Virus record (IMG/VR): IMGVR_UViG_2778261576_000004
Location: 1 to 41,372 of that record
DNA: 41,372 bases
Direction: 5' to 3' (one strand)
Source of the DNA: a virus
Taxonomy: Duplodnaviria; Heunggongvirae; Uroviricota; Caudoviricetes
The notes under the pieces were generated by a model. That model was not told where the DNA came from, did no database searches, and was given only the letters and a program-made list of their open reading frames with translations. A program made the position numbers and the translations under genes. The stretch's first letter is position 1; each line of letters begins with the position of its first letter. Below are positions 8,617 through 17,411 of this stretch, piece by piece.

Positions 8617-9150
8617 ATGGAAAGTAATATCAAATGGTTAGTTGCCGCCGGGCATGAGATGGCTTCGGAACTGAAAGCAGAATGTGGTGCCGTTGATATG
8701 CGCAGTGTGGCAAAGCTGATCAGCGATTTGGCAACGCAACTGGAAGTGCAACTGGTGCGTGCTAATGCGCTGGCCGAAGACCAGCAGAAAGCGATTGAGT
8801 CAATTAAGCAGGCTGATGCAGCTGTTAAGTTGGCACACGAGAAGTTTTCGGCGCTGGCAGCGGAGAATGCGAGACTGAAATCTGCGCACCCTCAACCATT
8901 CGGACCTGAGATGATGAAGGCTATTGATGCGTATGAGAAGTATCAGGATGAAGTGCCGGAGACTGGGATGCTCAATGCATTTTTCATCTTGCGCGACAGT
9001 ATCCGTGTTGACACCACAGCCACCGATGCTTTCCTGGCTGAAGTGCGGGCGCAGGTGGTAGAGATGTTTGCGGAGTGTGCATACACGCTTGAACATCATG
9101 ATCACGCAGTAGCTTTTGCCGCCGAGCTACGTGAAGGAGGCAACCAGTGA
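8617..9150 (+). CDS. Ea22-like family protein (paralog 1)
   Basis: C-terminal 45 aa (ATDAFLAEVRAQ...HHDHAVAFAAELR.GGNQ) nearly identical to the end of the 10601-11248 product; shares the ALAAENA coiled-coil module with the other paralogs. Confidence 0.55.
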   Translation: MESNIKWLVAAGHEMASELKAECGAVDMRSVAKLISDLATQLEVQLVRANALAEDQQKAIESIKQADAAVKLAHEKFSALAAENARLKSAHPQPFGPEMMKAIDAYEKYQDEVPETGMLNAFFILRDSIRVDTTATDAFLAEVRAQVVEMFAECAYTLEHHDHAVAFAAELREGGNQ

Positions 9151-9446
9151 CTGTATGTCTTATTGATAAACGTCGACGTGGGCAACAAATACCATCTGTT
9201 GAAATGCCGAATCACACATGGTTTTGCGTACTTGATATCGATGGTATGGATACGTTGATCGACACTCGTCATTACTGCGATACCGCAACAGCTACTCCTG
9301 CAAAAGCAAAGAAAATGGCTGCTCTGATAGAAAACTGGACTCCACCTGATGGTTGGTGCAATGGGAATGATCGAGATTGGCACGAAAAAATGAAGGGCTA
9401 TATCTGCGATTTTTTACGTAAATGCAACGGATTCAGGGTGATGTGA
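9147..9446 (+). CDS. Hypothetical protein
   Basis: GTG start overlapping the upstream stop (CAGTGA junction); tightly packed within the Ea22-like array. Confidence 0.35.
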   Translation: MTVCLIDKRRRGQQIPSVEMPNHTWFCVLDIDGMDTLIDTRHYCDTATATPAKAKKMAALIENWTPPDGWCNGNDRDWHEKMKGYICDFLRKCNGFRVM

Positions 9447-9447
9447 T

Positions 9448-10317
9448 ATGACCAAAATTAACTATCAGGCACTGCGTGAAGCGGCAGAAAAGGCAACACC
9501 AGACGAATGGGTCGCATTTATTTCGACGGATACTGGTACTTATGCGGTGCACACGCCCGGTGATGAACGATGTGAAGACGTTATCAAATGGACCGGCTTT
9601 GATGGACAGAAAAATGCAGAGAACAACGCTCGTTATGTTGCCGCGTTCAACCCAAAGGTTGCACTGGAGCTGCTTGGTGAAATTAAGCGCCTGGAGGACA
9701 CAAATATTGATGCTATGTGTCGAATTGCAGAGCTTGAGACTAATCTCGCGGCGCTGGCAGCGGAGAATGCGGCGCTGAAGGCCGGGGCTATGTATTTCTC
9801 ATATGGCTCTGAATTTAGTTTCGAGTGTCACAAAACTGCTGAGGAGGCTATCGCTGCTGCTGAGGCTGCAATTGACGACTATAGAGGCGATGCTTGCGAT
9901 GGATGGAGCGAAGAGGTCGAAAGCATTTGCTGGGGGGTAATTATTCAGCAGGCAACCAAGGTCGGTGAACGCAAGAAGAGGAAATGCGACAGAGTATCAC
10001 CATGGATTGAAAGAGTTTGTGATTATGAGCTTCGACCTAATGTCGAAACCCCAGCCACCGATGCTTTCCTGTCTGAAATTCGTGCGGAAGCACGCAACGA
10101 GGGGATTAACTATACCGCCAGCCGTCTTGCTGCTGCGTTCAATCACGGATTTATCAATAAGTCTTTACGTGAAGTTTTCGACGTTACACGCATGATTTTG
10201 TCAGCGAAAGAAGAGTTGGCTAATGAAGCGCATCCGATTGATGGCCTGTCTGGTGAATATGCGGAGAAATCCCTTGAAGAATGGGCGGAACAGATTCGCA
10301 AAGGAAGCAGCCAGTGA
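9448..10317 (+). CDS. ead/Ea22-like family protein (paralog 2)
   Basis: N-terminus MTKINYQALREAAEKAT typical of ead/Ea22-like proteins; contains the ALAAENAALKA and ATDAFLSEIRA modules. Confidence 0.7.
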   Translation: MTKINYQALREAAEKATPDEWVAFISTDTGTYAVHTPGDERCEDVIKWTGFDGQKNAENNARYVAAFNPKVALELLGEIKRLEDTNIDAMCRIAELETNLAALAAENAALKAGAMYFSYGSEFSFECHKTAEEAIAAAEAAIDDYRGDACDGWSEEVESICWGVIIQQATKVGERKKRKCDRVSPWIERVCDYELRPNVETPATDAFLSEIRAEARNEGINYTASRLAAAFNHGFINKSLREVFDVTRMILSAKEELANEAHPIDGLSGEYAEKSLEEWAEQIRKGSSQ

Positions 10318-10604
10318 ATATCGACACGACAATAACGATCGATACGCTCCTAAATACCGGTCTGGCACTTCTCGGTTGGCTTTACATCATGTCCCGCACA
10401 TGGCGATGGCTGGGTTCCATTTTCCTAAAACAGTGGAAAAAACGGCGCAAACAGGAACTACGCCAGAAGGCATTAGAAGCGTTCTATGACGCATTTGAGC
10501 TTAGCCGCATTGAACCAGGTACAACAGCCAGGATAGCGACAAAAGGCGACCTGATGATAGTGATGTTCCGACAGGAGAGAGCAGAGAAAGGGGAATCAGC
10601 ATGA
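10314..10604 (+). CDS. Hypothetical small membrane protein
   Basis: GTG start overlapping the upstream stop (CAGTGA); hydrophobic segment LLNTGLALLGWLYIM followed by a basic stretch. Confidence 0.3.
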   Translation: MNIDTTITIDTLLNTGLALLGWLYIMSRTWRWLGSIFLKQWKKRRKQELRQKALEAFYDAFELSRIEPGTTARIATKGDLMIVMFRQERAEKGESA

Positions 10605-11248
10605 AATTTTCCAAATTTTCTGAGTTGGTGAATCGTATTTTGTCCAACAACCACAGCCATCGTCGCGATATGGATGTAACAATCGTTGTTCATTCGCCTG
10701 GCAGCATTGGTTCAACACCTTCAGTTGAGGTTCAGTCAATTCACGCTGGTTTTGATTGGGATTCCGGGAAAGTGCTTATTTTCCCATCACAGCCACTGAC
10801 CACGCTAACACCAGAACAGATTACTGATATCACTGATAGTGTGCGCAAAGGTCAGTCTTGGCACGCATATCAGGAATACAAGAAGCATCAAGAGCAGTTG
10901 GAAAAATTGTCGATTGAACTGGATGCCGCAAAACAGCGCATTGCAGAGCTGGAGGGTAATCGCACGGCGCTGGCAGTGGAGAATGAGCTGGCTCGTAAGG
11001 CAGTTCAGGCATTCTGCGATGTTGTTGGCGACAACACCGAGGTTATCGCTGAGGTGGTTGGGCGAGATGGCGTTCTGGTTATTTTGGAGGCCATGAAGGC
11101 AACAGGAAATATGCCAGCCACCGATGCTTTCCTGGCTGAAGTACGGGCGCAGGGCGTGGAGATGTTTGCGGAGTGTGCATACACGCTTGAACATCATGAT
11201 CACGCAGTAGCTTTCGCCGCTGAGCTTCGCAAAGGAGGCAACCAGTGA
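10601..11248 (+). CDS. Ea22-like family protein (paralog 3)
   Basis: Shares the roughly 130-bp 3' module with 8617-9150 and the coiled-coil module with the other paralogs. Confidence 0.55.
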   Translation: MKFSKFSELVNRILSNNHSHRRDMDVTIVVHSPGSIGSTPSVEVQSIHAGFDWDSGKVLIFPSQPLTTLTPEQITDITDSVRKGQSWHAYQEYKKHQEQLEKLSIELDAAKQRIAELEGNRTALAVENELARKAVQAFCDVVGDNTEVIAEVVGRDGVLVILEAMKATGNMPATDAFLAEVRAQGVEMFAECAYTLEHHDHAVAFAAELRKGGNQ

Positions 11249-12015
11249 GCAAGATTGACTATCAGGCACTGCGTGAAAAGGCAGAGAAAGCAACTAAAGG
11301 AAGCTACATCGTAGGGCATACATCTGTTAACCAGCACGGCAATTTAACAGGAGTTTTTGTTTGCCAAAAATGGAAAGGAGAACCCGGTGGTGTGATTGCG
11401 GAATGTCATGTTAACTGCCTAGTTGAAACAGATGTTCAGGCTTATGCAAACGCTGAATTTATTGCTGCTTTTAATCCAAATGTTGCGCTGGCCCTGCTGG
11501 ATGAACGGGAAAGAAACCAGCAATACATCAAACGCCGCGACCAGGAGAACGAGGAGATTGCGCTTACGGTTGGGAAGCTGCGTGTTGAGCTTGAAGCAGC
11601 AGAGAACAACCTTATTGATAGTGAATGCCATGTTGCTGAACTGGAAGAAGCGCTACGCGATAAGCAGGCGTTACTTGAAGCCTCAGAAAAGCGCAACGCA
11701 AAATTACAAAGCGAGAATGCATACATCCGCAACCGGTACAAAGAACTGGACCTATTAATCGGGAAAAACATTCTGGTCATGCAGGCTGCCATTATCGAAT
11801 GGCAGGCAACTGGCGACGCTAAGAGCGGACTAGCATGGATTTATAACACACTGTTTGGCCCTGGCGAATTACCGGACGAATCTGAGAAAGATGCTCAGGC
11901 CTACTTTAATCGCAAATATGCACCGATTGACGAAAAGCTTATGGCGCTTCACAAGTGGTTTTGGGAACAAAGTGAAGCCGAGCGCGCTACTGGCATTCGC
12001 ATCAAAGGAGAGTGA
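11245..12015 (+). CDS. ead/Ea22-like family protein (paralog 4)
   Basis: N-terminus MSKIDYQALREKAEKAT; GTG start overlapping the upstream stop (CAGTGA); central coiled-coil. Confidence 0.7.
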   Translation: MSKIDYQALREKAEKATKGSYIVGHTSVNQHGNLTGVFVCQKWKGEPGGVIAECHVNCLVETDVQAYANAEFIAAFNPNVALALLDERERNQQYIKRRDQENEEIALTVGKLRVELEAAENNLIDSECHVAELEEALRDKQALLEASEKRNAKLQSENAYIRNRYKELDLLIGKNILVMQAAIIEWQATGDAKSGLAWIYNTLFGPGELPDESEKDAQAYFNRKYAPIDEKLMALHKWFWEQSEAERATGIRIKGE

Positions 12016-12016
12016 G

Positions 12017-12208
12017 ATGGACGGACAAATATCAATTACTCGACCTAACACAGGTGATGATGACAAGATAAGAATGGCTATTCGTCTGGAGAGAGGAAAA
12101 ACAATAACTGTCCTTGTTACCCCAGAAAATCTTGCATTAGCACTGACCGGAAAGTCAGAACTCCCCGTAGAGCTAGATGTGAGAAATGTTGAGATTAAGG
12201 TGAAATAG
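12017..12208 (+). CDS. Hypothetical small protein (63 aa)
   Basis: ATG at 12017 directly after the upstream stop; in-frame part of ORF-track entry 11855-12208. Confidence 0.3.
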   Translation: MDGQISITRPNTGDDDKIRMAIRLERGKTITVLVTPENLALALTGKSELPVELDVRNVEIKVK

Positions 12209-12210
12209 GT

Positions 12211-12972
12211 ATGATCACTATTACCAAAGAACGTCTGCTGACAATCAAGCAATGGCGCGAAACATACGGACTAGGTAGCAACGTTGTACTGCCAGCAGAA
12301 GAAGCGCAAGAACTGGCTCGAATTGCTCTGGCATCGCTGGAAACAGAGCCTGTAGCATGGATGTGTGAGGACGCAGATGGTCGTGAGTATAACGCTCGCA
12401 ATGAATTTTCTGGTGGGAGGAAAGGAACCCCACTCTACACCTCTCCTAACGTGCAGGTAGTGCCGGAAGAAATGTATTGGCAGGATGCGCCAGTTGAAGT
12501 CAGCAGCAAAGCGGCTGCATACGCTACAGGCTGGAATGCCTGCCGCGCTGCCATGCTTCATAGTGCCGAACCTGCAAGTAATCATGAAGAGTTGCCGTTT
12601 GATTATCTCCAAGGTCAAAAAGATGGTCTTGAATGGGCTGCGCAGCTTGCAGAAGCAAATCACCCACAAACTGGCGACTGGCTTTACGATGACCCGCTGG
12701 AGCTGGCTAAAGCTATCAGAAAAGGTCCTGACATGCCCGAATTCGATGGACCAACTCCGGTAACTCCGGATGGTTGGATAAGCTGTAGTGAGCGAATGCC
12801 GGAAGAAACGGGTGACATTATTGTTGTTTCGGATGGCATTGTAATGTCCGGGATTTCTTATTCTCGTCGTGACGGGTTCTATATAGCCGCATTGGAGTAC
12901 GACGACGATGAACCAATTGGCGGTGTAACCCACTGGATGCAACTACCAGAACCGCCGCAGGAGGCGAAATGA
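12211..12972 (+). CDS. DUF551-like phage protein
   Basis: C-terminal GWISCSERMPEE...GVTHWMQLPEPP resembles the DUF551 signature as recalled. Confidence 0.6.
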   Translation: MITITKERLLTIKQWRETYGLGSNVVLPAEEAQELARIALASLETEPVAWMCEDADGREYNARNEFSGGRKGTPLYTSPNVQVVPEEMYWQDAPVEVSSKAAAYATGWNACRAAMLHSAEPASNHEELPFDYLQGQKDGLEWAAQLAEANHPQTGDWLYDDPLELAKAIRKGPDMPEFDGPTPVTPDGWISCSERMPEETGDIIVVSDGIVMSGISYSRRDGFYIAALEYDDDEPIGGVTHWMQLPEPPQEAK

Positions 12973-13322
12973 TGGACTATTCACAGTTAAGTGATTTTGA
13001 AATTAACAGAATGGTAGGAGACATAATTTTTAAAGGACTTTGGGCGTGTAAACCGGAAACATCAGGGAATAACACCAACAAATGGTATTACGGAAATACT
13101 GATACAACTTTTGAGCCATTAAACCCTTTACCTGACTACTGCAATAATCCATCGGATGCATGGCCTATTATTGTTGATAATAAAATCAGTCTAACCTGCC
13201 ACCACTCTCGCGGTGAGTGGTCAGCAGTTTTTAATGCCGACAACATTTGCTTTCATGCGAATAATCCACTCCGAGCCGCCATGATTGTATTTCTCATGAT
13301 GCAGGAAAATCAGAATGGCTAA
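12969..13322 (+). CDS. Hypothetical phage protein
   Basis: 117-aa ORF with overlapping stop/start on both sides; no confident domain call. Confidence 0.4.
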   Translation: MMDYSQLSDFEINRMVGDIIFKGLWACKPETSGNNTNKWYYGNTDTTFEPLNPLPDYCNNPSDAWPIIVDNKISLTCHHSRGEWSAVFNADNICFHANNPLRAAMIVFLMMQENQNG

Positions 13323-13653
13323 ATCAGCAGCAGAGCGCAAAGCCGCTCAGAGAGCCAGACAAGCTGCATCTGGCGTGCGTAAGCTGGAAATTGTGCTTGA
13401 TGCTCAGGAAATTGAAATGCTGGAGCGTAACTGTGCCACGCGTCGCCCCGGGCGTGCGCCTTACGAATTTGGTGAGTATATAGCGTTACTGATCCGCCAG
13501 GATGATGCACGCGTGCGCGGGCGTATAAAATCGATCAGCAGAAAACGTTGCGGTAAGTGCGGCGAGATAGTTCCTGTGAATTCATGCCCGTGTAATGGTG
13601 ACTCGCAATGCTGGGTGACCAAAGGCTGGCATGAAACGAAATTAATAGTGTGA
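13315..13653 (+). CDS. Hypothetical protein with basic N-terminus and C-terminal Cys cluster (candidate regulator)
   Basis: N-terminus MAKSAAERKAAQRARQAASG...; C-terminal CGKCGEIVPVNSCPCNGDSQC zinc-ribbon-like cluster; last gene before the terminase-proximal terminator. Confidence 0.4.
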   Translation: MAKSAAERKAAQRARQAASGVRKLEIVLDAQEIEMLERNCATRRPGRAPYEFGEYIALLIRQDDARVRGRIKSISRKRCGKCGEIVPVNSCPCNGDSQCWVTKGWHETKLIV

Positions 13654-13670
13654 CATGTCACGAAGGTGTT

Positions 13671-13883
13671 ATGCCAAAAATACGCTACGACCTTGAAGAT
13701 ATGAGAGATAACTCAGCAAATTTTCCGAAAGAGGTTAAATTTCTCATGCATAAGTATGGTTGCGCCAGGAGGGATATAGTTATCGACAGTCAGCACCCTT
13801 GCGGCGAGGATGTAATTTTCATTCGCGGTAAATGGGAAGGGTATCTTGACGAGAGTTTTTACGATGAATTTGATGGACTTTGA
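13671..13883 (+). CDS. Hypothetical small protein
   Basis: ATG at 13671 with GAAGGTG SD; the GTGACATGTCAC palindrome overlaps the upstream stop. Confidence 0.3.
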   Translation: MPKIRYDLEDMRDNSANFPKEVKFLMHKYGCARRDIVIDSQHPCGEDVIFIRGKWEGYLDESFYDEFDGL

Positions 13884-13888
13884 ATACT

Positions 13889-13914
13889 GCCGCCAACTAT
13901 GGCGGCTTTATTTT
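13889..13914 (+). terminator. Rho-independent terminator upstream of the terminase genes
   Basis: GCCGCC-AACTAT-GGCGGC hairpin followed by TTTATTTTG. Confidence 0.6.
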
Positions 13915-13925
13915 GCATGGTACTA

Positions 13926-13940
13926 TTACCACAACGGTAA
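13926..13940. promoter_or_regulatory. TTACC-N5-GGTAA palindrome upstream of the terminase small subunit gene
   Basis: Perfect TTACCACAACGGTAA between the terminator and ATG 13958 (17 nt upstream); a partial repeat (CTATTACCAC) follows. Confidence 0.45.
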
Positions 13941-13957
13941 CTATTACCACGGTGGTT

Positions 13958-14554
13958 ATGATGCCTGCTGAACCTAAAACCTATAAACGCAAATCAACGC
14001 AATTTAAGCCGCTCACAGCAATGCAGGAGGCTTATTGCCAGTCATACATCAAAACGCCTGAAAACCAGACTCAGGCAGCGATTAACGCAGGATTCTCCCC
14101 AAATACAGCGGCAGTTAAAGCCAGTGTCATGATGCGCGATGAACGCATTCAAAAACGGATTGCCGAGTTGATGGAGGAGCGCAACAAACGAATGCGCGTC
14201 AGTGCTGATTACGTTCTCATGCGCCTGGTGGAGATCGACCAGATGGACGTGATCGACATCCTCAACGACGATGGGAGCCTTAAGCCAATCCGCGAGTGGC
14301 CGAAAATCTGGCGCACTACGCTTAGTGGCTTTGATCTGTCATCGACCATCATGAACATGAACGAGGATTCGATAGAGACAATCCTCAAAAAAATTAAATG
14401 GCCTGACAAGGTGAAGAACCTCGAACTGATTGGTAAGCACGTCGACGTCAACGCGTTCAAAGAACGCCTGGATGTTAATGTGAATGTGACAATTGCTGAT
14501 CGCATAGCGGCAGCCAGGAAGCGACTCAAAGAACGTCAGGATGGTAATCAGTGA
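13958..14554 (+). CDS. Terminase small subunit
   Basis: Directly upstream of and coupled to the large subunit; HTH-like N-terminus (TAMQEAYCQSYIK...AAINAGFSPNTAAVKAS). ORF-track start 13880 rejected because it spans the terminator. Confidence 0.65.
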   Translation: MMPAEPKTYKRKSTQFKPLTAMQEAYCQSYIKTPENQTQAAINAGFSPNTAAVKASVMMRDERIQKRIAELMEERNKRMRVSADYVLMRLVEIDQMDVIDILNDDGSLKPIREWPKIWRTTLSGFDLSSTIMNMNEDSIETILKKIKWPDKVKNLELIGKHVDVNAFKERLDVNVNVTIADRIAAARKRLKERQDGNQ

Positions 14555-16026
14555 CAGATACAGCGTTATCTCCTGAAGAGCAGTTGATCGAGGATATTGC
14601 AGGGTTCACTCACGATCCGCTTGGCTATGCCCTCTATGCGTTCCCGTGGGGGGAAGAGGGTACTGAACTGGCACATGCCACCGGTCCACGTCAGTGGCAG
14701 GCCGATGCGTTCCGAGAGATACGTGATCACCTGCAGAATCCAGAGACGCGATATCAGCCGCTTATGCTGGCACGTGCTTCTGGTCACGGTATTGGTAAAT
14801 CCGCATTCATCTCAATGCTGATCAACTGGGGCATGTCCACTTGCGAGGATTGTAAGGTCGTGGTGACCGCCAACACCGACAACCAGCTACGAACGAAGAC
14901 CTGGCCGGAAATTATCAAGTGGTCGAACCTTGCTATCACGAAAGACTGGTTTACCTGTACCGCTACCGCGATGTACAGCAATGATCCTGGGCACGACAAG
15001 CGGTGGCGAGCTGACGCAATCCCCTGGTCTGAGCACAACACTGAGGCATTCGCCGGACTACACAACGAGCGCAAACGCATCATCGTGGTATTCGATGAAG
15101 CGTCGAACATTGCGGATCTGGTGTGGGAAGTTGCCGAAGGTGCGCTAACTGACGAAGACACTGAGATTATCTGGGTGGCGTTCGGAAACCCGACGCGTAA
15201 TACCGGGCGATTCCGTGAATGTTTCCGCAAATATAAACACCGCTGGAAAACTGCGCAGATTGACAGCCGGACGGTGGAAGGCACTAACAAACAGCAGTTG
15301 CAGAAATGGGTTGATGACTACGGGGAAGACAGCGACTTCGTTAAAATCCGTGTGCGCGGCATATTCCCTGATGCATCTGAATTGCAGTTTATCCCTACCG
15401 GTCTTACTGATGAGGCAATGAAACGGGTGGTAACCGCTGCGCAGGTGGCGCATGCTCCGGTGATAATCGGTGTTGACCCGGCATATTCAGGCGTTGATGA
15501 CGCGGTGATATACCTGCGGCAGGGGCTACACAGTAAGGTGCTGTGGACTGGCAACAAGACTACCGACGATCTGATTATGGCGAAGCGTATCGCTGACTTT
15601 GAAGACCTGTATCAGGCTGACGCAGTGTTCATCGACTTTGGTTACGGTACCGGTCTGAAGTCAATCGGTGATGGTTGGGGGCGCACATGGCAACTTGTTC
15701 CGTTCGGTGGCGCGTCTACTGACCAGCAGATGCTCAACAAGCGTGGGGAGATGTTCAACTCATGCAAGACATGGCTGAGGCTGGGCGGGATGCTGGATGA
15801 CCAGGAAACAGCGGACGATCTGTCGGCGGCAGAGTACAAAGTTCGAGTGGACGGTAAAATCGTTATCGAACCGAAGGAAGATATCAAGGAGCGGCTTGGG
15901 CGTTCGCCTGGTAAAGGCGATGCGCTACTGCTGACGTTTGCGTTCCCTGTGTCGAAGCGTCTGCGAATTCCCGGGCAGCAGAACCAGCAAGGCAAGGCCA
16001 TCACAGATTACGATCCCTATGCTTAA
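14551..16026 (+). CDS. Terminase large subunit
   Basis: 491 aa; Walker A-like ARASGHGIGKS, Walker B-like IIVVFDEAS and a C-terminal nuclease-type region; GTG start overlapping the small-subunit stop. Confidence 0.9.
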   Translation: MTDTALSPEEQLIEDIAGFTHDPLGYALYAFPWGEEGTELAHATGPRQWQADAFREIRDHLQNPETRYQPLMLARASGHGIGKSAFISMLINWGMSTCEDCKVVVTANTDNQLRTKTWPEIIKWSNLAITKDWFTCTATAMYSNDPGHDKRWRADAIPWSEHNTEAFAGLHNERKRIIVVFDEASNIADLVWEVAEGALTDEDTEIIWVAFGNPTRNTGRFRECFRKYKHRWKTAQIDSRTVEGTNKQQLQKWVDDYGEDSDFVKIRVRGIFPDASELQFIPTGLTDEAMKRVVTAAQVAHAPVIIGVDPAYSGVDDAVIYLRQGLHSKVLWTGNKTTDDLIMAKRIADFEDLYQADAVFIDFGYGTGLKSIGDGWGRTWQLVPFGGASTDQQMLNKRGEMFNSCKTWLRLGGMLDDQETADDLSAAEYKVRVDGKIVIEPKEDIKERLGRSPGKGDALLLTFAFPVSKRLRIPGQQNQQGKAITDYDPYA

Positions 16027-16116
16027 TCCGCTGGTGGGGATAATGTCGTTGATATCCTCTGATGAGGATAAAACAAAGCCAGCTCATCGGCTGGCTGTTT
16101 GTGACATGTCACGGTG

Positions 16117-16488
16117 TTATTGCTCGCTTAGCTTCTGCTTCAGCAAGTAACCTTCGAGCATCCAGATTTTGTTTACAGCATTCTGCCGGGCAATCTTCCG
16201 ACCAATTTCTGCATCAAAGTTTTCCGGGCTTGCACAGGCGCTCTCTCCGGTGACGGTGAAGCCGTTGCGCAGCACCAGGACGCAGAACGTCAGCAGAGAA
16301 AGTGATTCGTGCGGCTGGTAGTTTACCTCTCCGCCAGTATGTTTCGCTTTTATGGCTTTGCCAAAGGCACCATCTTCTGCTGTGAAATATGCCTCCTGAG
16401 CAATAATGCCTTCGATATGGTCTGGCGTAACGCGCGGTGCCGTTTTGCCTTTCTCAACGATTTCTTTTTCGATTTGCTTGTCGTTCAT
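16117..16488 (-). CDS. Hypothetical protein (possibly Gp49/Sf6 gp66-like family)
   Basis: 123-aa minus-strand ORF inserted between terminase and portal genes on the opposite strand; family name from memory only. Confidence 0.4.
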   Translation of the reverse strand: MNDKQIEKEIVEKGKTAPRVTPDHIEGIIAQEAYFTAEDGAFGKAIKAKHTGGEVNYQPHESLSLLTFCVLVLRNGFTVTGESACASPENFDAEIGRKIARQNAVNKIWMLEGYLLKQKLSEQ

Positions 16489-16499
16489 AATCTCACCTT

Positions 16500-16523
16500 A
16501 AAAAAATGCCCGGCGAACCGGGC
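16500..16523 (-). terminator. Rho-independent terminator downstream of the tRNA (minus strand)
   Basis: GCCCGG-CGAA-CCGGGC hairpin with an A-run on the plus-strand side (U-tract on the minus strand), ending just before the SD of the 16488 gene. Confidence 0.55.
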
Positions 16524-16686
16524 GAACTGGAAGCAATGAGTTATGCCTTCCGTGGCTGTACGGGTTTACAGCATGAAGTCATCGCAATGGCGTCCTGCTG
16601 TAAAAAGGGCGGTGATAGTCCTTCAAGGGAAACCATCACCGCCAAGCCCCTGGAACTTCTGGCATCACGGTCCTTAGGCGTGATTC

Positions 16687-16763
16687 TGGCGTGGCATGCA
16701 GGATTCGAACCTGCGACCAACCGCTTAGAAGGCGGTTGCTCTGTCCGACTGAGCTAATGCCAC
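16687..16763 (-). tRNA. tRNA-Arg (anticodon UCU)
   Basis: Minus strand folds by hand into a cloverleaf: acceptor GTGGCAT/ATGCCAC, D-arm GCTC/GAGC, anticodon stem ACCGC/GCGGT with loop CTTCTAA, T-arm GCAGG-TTCGAAT-CCTGC, encoded CCA. Confidence 0.85.
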
Positions 16764-17085
16764 AACGCTGAGAGCACTTAGCCTGTTAAGGCGCCACACT
16801 TTGTCGCGGCTCCATAAATGCTCTCATCGTTGTACCCTCGTCTCTTCCGAGGCGTCACACCGAATCGCCGGGATGGTGAATCCCCGTGCGCGGAATAAAA
16901 CCGCTCGACTTGCACATTCCGGCTACCTGGTTCGTTTGCCCGAGCAAGGGAGGGTGCCCCTTAAACGTATCCAGACCGCTATCGGCGCATGTGCCATACG
17001 CCGTACTGCTCAAAATAAAAGCTCACTCCACCTGTTTAATTTAACGACAAGCCAGTCAGGTTAGTAACCAGAATGAGCTCTTTAG

Positions 17086-17165
17086 TTACCTGAAAGGTAA
17101 TAATTCACGCGTTAAATGTCAACCTTCTACGATAAATAAATCATATGTGGTTAAATTGGTAATAA
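17086..17165. promoter_or_regulatory. Palindrome (17086-17100) plus TATGTGGTT box (17144-17152) and GGTAATA (17159-17165) upstream of the portal operon
   Basis: Same arrangement as upstream of the tailspike gene (35438-35502). Confidence 0.45.
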
Positions 17166-17190
17166 TTTAATTGCGTACGGAGTCATTGAT

Positions 17191-17397
17191 ATGTGCATGG
17201 GTAGCTCACCATCAGTGCCTGCAACACCAGAAGTTCAGGCAGCACCACAGGAGCAGGATGCCGCCGTTGTTGATGCCCGCGACGAAGAAACACGTCGCCG
17301 TCGCGCTGCTGCTGGTCGTAGTTCTACGCTGCTTACCGGTTCTCAGGGCGACACATCAACCGCTAATACCAGCGGTAAAACGCTACTTGGTCAGTAA
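17191..17397 (+). CDS. Hypothetical small protein (68 aa)
   Basis: First ORF after the putative late promoter; its translation initiation region ACGGAGTCATTGATATG is nearly identical to that of the portal gene. Confidence 0.35.
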   Translation: MCMGSSPSVPATPEVQAAPQEQDAAVVDARDEETRRRRAAAGRSSTLLTGSQGDTSTANTSGKTLLGQ

Positions 17398-17411
17398 CCG
17401 GAGTCATTGAA

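Noticed and set aside
12271-12942. 223-aa minus-strand ORF opposite the DUF551-like gene
   Set aside because: Shadow ORF; the plus-strand gene has recognisable conserved motifs and tight coupling to its neighbours.
13650-13661. GTGACATGTCAC as a CRP-binding site
   Set aside because: CRP sites have TGTGA and TCACA half-sites separated by 6 bp; here the spacing is 4 bp.
13880-13957. ORF-track start of the terminase small subunit at 13880
   Set aside because: That start would place an intrinsic terminator hairpin and a palindrome inside the coding sequence; the ATG at 13958 after these elements is more plausible.
16764-17085. Possible second tRNA or tRNA remnant in the non-coding region next to tRNA-Arg
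   Set aside because: Hand folding found hairpins (e.g. GGGAT-TCACC-ATCCC) but no 7-nt T-loop or full cloverleaf; the 87-aa ORF here (16801-17064) is Arg/His-rich with no SD and is probably not coding.
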